Assembly (NCBI GenBank): GCA_013115145.1
Contig: JAAPAO010000080.1
Coordinates: forward strand, 1-64,000
From: Perkinsus chesapeaki ATCC PRA-425
Lineage: Eukaryota; Protista; Perkinsozoa
Length of the DNA: 64,000 nt
Direction of reading: 5' to 3'
The notes beneath the pieces are model-generated. The model saw nothing but the letters and a program-made list of their open reading frames with translations, was not told the origin of the DNA and searched no databases. Positions 59,966 to 64,000 of this stretch are shown here, piece by piece; the stretch's first letter is position 1; the number at the start of each line of letters is the position of its first letter. The translations under genes were made by a program, and so were the position numbers.

Positions 59966-62900
59966 CTAGCTGTCGAATAGGATGACGTCGAGTAGCTGTT
60001 CGTCGTGGTTGTAGTAGGGCTGACATATCTAGGCCCTGAGCCACCTACACACTCCTGGGCTCCTACCGGTATGATGATGAGCTCGCCGAGGATGAACGCG
60101 GAGCAGCGGCGGTCGAGCTACTGCTGGTGTCCGGCGCCTTGGCTGAGTAACCGCCTCCTACCCTGCCTGGGATTACGCTGGGACCGCTACCGGGAGACCG
60201 GGGAGATTTCGGAGTAGAACTGATAGAAGAATAGGAAAACCTCAGCCGTCCATGTCCTACTGCCTACTTGCCAACGCTACTAACAGGAGCAGATGAGGGC
60301 ACTGAGCCCACTCGACCAGGCGAAACTCTAACCTGAAAACTCCAGATCATTTAGAGAGAGCTCATCACGGCCCTTACATCGAAAGAGCTAGCTGTGACCG
60401 AAGGGGTGCTGGCAGCTGATGAGTACCGAGACTGACCTCCGACACTACTAGAGCCTCCTCCGGCCTGACCAGTGTGGAATGATCGGGAACATTGAGATGA
60501 CTACCTACCGTGAAGCCGGAGGGCTGAAAGCGTGTTGTTGTTGTGCCTGCCGAGGGTGTAGCCTTGGCTGCTATCTCGTCTCTTTCTCGCTGTAATCTGT
60601 AGTACTCTGTCGTATAGGTATCATTTGTCTCCCAACTGCCCAAGAGGGTGAATTATGAGCCCATATCCATCGCACCAGCTCACCTATCATCCGAGTCCGG
60701 GTCCACAGGCGCTGCCTTTATATCGGCTATTCGCTGAGTCATCAAAGCTTCCAACTGAACAGGTTAGACTTGGCCACACTTGGCCGAGTCGCCGAGGGCT
60801 CACCTTGTCAGCAGCGGCCTTCAGCTCCTTCAACTGCGCCTGCATTTGCTGCTTCTCGTTCTTCATCTGCTCTATTCTGTCATGGAGCACCGATACCTAC
60901 ATACGATCTGACGAAGGAGCGGTATGACACCAACCTACCTCATCCTGCTTTGACTTCACTTTAGTCTCTGCATCCTCAGCCTGTTGCTGTGCCTCCGATG
61001 TCTCCTGTGCCTTGGCGTCCAGTTTAGCCGCCTCCTCCTCATTCTTCGACTTCAGTCGGTCATACTCCTGCCAACCAAATCAGCAGCCTCTACCTCCTCC
61101 TCCTCAGCCGCTCCCACCTTCATAGTCTGCTTATGTGCATCCACTTCCCTATCGAGATTGCGCTTCTCCTGGTCAGCATGGGCCTTTGCCTCTGCCAGCT
61201 TGCTCTGCTGGTCCTCCTTATCAGCCGTGGTATTAGCCAATGCCTACTGCCGCCATACTCCCCCAGCCTGCTCTTCCTTGCCTACCTCTCTCGTCTTCTG
61301 GTGTTCCCCCTGCTCCTTAGCAGTCGCCGCCTTAGCCTCATCTGTCTGCCTTCTAAACCCCTATGAACAGCCATATCCCTAGCAACCCCTCCTCCTCTCC
61401 CTGCCCACCTCAATGCCCTTCTGCATTGACTCCACCTTCCCTGCTAACTTCCCACCATCCTTCTGCGCCTGTGCTGTTGCTTTTTGCTCGGAATTTATCT
61501 CTTTCTGTATTTGAGAGATATCTCCCTTAAGATCTACCCAACCACCACTTCACCATCCACAGACCCCTTCCCACCTACCCTGCAGTTCCTTCTTCAACCC
61601 ATCCCTCTCGGTCACCGCCTCCTTAGCCGACTCAGCCGCAGCGGCAGTCTCCCCTTCCTTCTCGGCAATCGCCGTCTGCCCTGCCTTAATACCATCCTCA
61701 GCAGCCTGCCTCGCCTGCTGATTCTCCTCCAGTGCCTGCAAAACGCATCAACCCGCGTCGCTTCGCTCCGCCGTCCACCCACCTGCTTCACTTGGTTCAG
61801 TTCCATATTAACCTTATTCAGCTCCTCACTAGCCGCTGCCGATTTCTTCCTCAAATCAGCTATAGCAGCTTGCGTCCTACACCACCAACACTCACCCTCC
61901 TTCTTATTGCAATGCCTACTGTTCTGCGTGCTTGCTCAAGCTTGCCGCATTCGCCTCAGCCACACTCGCCTCATTATTGATACTTGCCAGCTTAGCCGCC
62001 TGACCACCGCCGCTGCCTATGCTCATCACCCCCACCACTCCGCCTACCACATCCTCCTTCTCCTGTTGGGCCTTCTGTAACGCAGCCTTCTGCTGCACTA
62101 TCTCATTGTCAGCCTCATCGATCCTCTTTCGCATGCCAGGCAAGTCCGCTGTCTCTTGCTTCAACTTCGCTATATTATCCTCAGTCTCCTTCAACTGACA
62201 CCACCATCACACCCCCACTACTACTCCCCTCCACTGCCACCTACTTTAGCCTGAAGATCGGCGCTATCCTGATTCAACTCGTTTAACTGCTGCTGGAGGC
62301 TGTCCATATCTTGTGTTACACCCGGCAATGCCTGACCAATAAAAGATCCTCGTAATCGTCAAGTTGCAGCAACAGAACTGAGGAGGTCGAGGAGCCGATC
62401 TATAAATAATAGAAAGCTAAAGCACATGACTAACTTCAAAAACCAGAGCCACGAACACGGTGGTTACCTCTACTATATACGAAAGGACGATCAATTGTTA
62501 ACTAAACACACCATCCCCTCCTGGCACTACATTAGCCCTCTCGGCCACAGCCGCTGCCATATCCTCCGCTTGCTTCATTTCATTCTCAGCCTCTTCAGCA
62601 TCCAAATCAATCTGCTGTCTCTGACACCAATTCCCCATCTCCTCCTCCCTCCCAGCCTTCCCCCTCCTCACCACTCTCATATCCGCCCTTTGCTTAGTCT
62701 TAGCTTCAGTAGCAGCATCCTCGGCTGCCTTGATCTTCCCTATAGCGTCGTCTCGGGCGTCCAACGCCTCCTTCAACTGTGCCTGTATCCTCCAGCCCTA
62801 CCACTCCCTCATCCCCACAAAGCACTACCTGCAATCCCTGGATTTTCTGAAAGTTCTCGTTCCCGCCAGCGGCGAACTCCTTATTAGCCTGCTCCTCCTT

Positions 62901-64000
62901 CTCCAGTGCTTTCGTCAACTACAATGCATCCTCCACTCCACCCCACTGCGCTCCTCCTACCTGCAGCTTCTCCCGCCGGACCCTATCCAGATCCCGTGTT
63001 ATAGTATTCCTCATCTTCTTAGCATCTTTGGCAACACCCTCCGCATCCTTCTTGCGCTGCCGATCGACCTTAGATACCTCCTCTGCCCTCTTCTGCTCTG
63101 TTTGAGCGTCCTACACATTACTATGATACTTCCGCCGGCAGCAGCAGCAGCCCCGATCGCTGCTACCTCCACCATCCTTTTAGCCGCAGCAACATCCTCC
63201 TTCTCAATCACAGCCAGCAGCAATAATCTATCCCTATCATGCCGAGTACTGTCCAACAACAGCATCACCTACTACCGCAATACCATTCAACACCCCATAC
63301 AGCAGTCCATCACCCTACCTCCCTCTTAGCCTTCCTCTGCGTATCAGCTAATGCCTGTACCCTACTTCTATACTGTGCCTTGATAACAACACCATCCATC
63401 CCAGCAGCAGCGGCCATGACCACCTAACTACCTCTAGCTCCTGCATAGCCCTGGCATGGTCCCTCTCCTGCTTCACTGACGCTACTTTATCCTCCACTCT
63501 CCGAAGCTCTATCAGCTCCTTACCAACCCCCTCCTCGTATCTGCCCGCAATAGTTCGCCACTACTCATAACAACATAGCCGAGCAACACGTAGCGTTGTC
63601 CAAATTGAGCGACATCTACCTCCAGGGCAGCGCGTGATTCAGTTGACCCTCTCTCCCCCTCCTACTGCCGCACAAAACTAGTGAAGGCCTCGAGCTTCGG
63701 CCGTAGGCCGGCACTGACCTTGCCAACTGCTTTACTGAAATCCTCCACACTTACAAAAATTTTCCTAAAGGCCAAGTAGAGTTCATGGTACCTAGGACAC
63801 TCTCAGCTTCAACAGCAACAGGAAGCCTCTAGTACTTCCCAAGGGGCATCGAATCGCTAGCAAGCTCAGCAGCTGCCGTTGCTAGCTTATCATCACATAA
63901 ATCAAGGTTACGGCAAAGCTGCTCCCATTGGTCTCTGAAACATGCCACTTTCCAGGCACCACCTGACAACATAAACATTACCCTCACAGCAGCTCCATGG
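59966..64000 (-). CDS. large multi-exon Ala/Glu/Lys-rich coiled-coil protein (5' end probably outside the window)
   Basis: Many short heptad-rich exons (e.g. KETEDNIAKLKQETADL, LEENQQARQAAEDGIKAG). Confidence 0.7.

Noticed and set aside
61484-63329. Leu/Ser/Pro-rich plus-strand ORFs of ~150-200 aa
   Set aside because: Antisense by-products of the skewed composition of the minus-strand coiled-coil gene.

Overview
Gene-dense eukaryotic DNA with many short (~40-60 nt) GT-AG introns. Gene content and intron style best fit an alveolate of the Perkinsus type (inference, not verified). Recognisable genes: a Y-family polymerase gene, LRR/ankyrin proteins, a PKA regulatory subunit, a Ctr copper-transporter protein, NAPRT, a NEK-like kinase, a PhyH-type dioxygenase, a tandem CCCH zinc-finger protein, TIM22, an R3H-SUZ protein, a USP7-like deubiquitinase and two coiled-coil genes. 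There is also a 5'-truncated DIRS-type tyrosine-recombinase retroelement and two near-identical U3 snoRNA genes. Main finding: hand-splicing 4786->486 (minus) gives one ~952-aa protein with a complete Pol eta module fused in frame to a complete REV1 catalytic module, followed by a PIP-like box. Other unusual architectures are a single-chain double PKA-R (two inhibitor motifs, four cNMP domains) and a 2OG-Fe(II) dioxygenase-like/Ctr fusion. One U3 copy lies antisense inside an enlarged intron. All exon structures and family calls are by eye; no searches were run.
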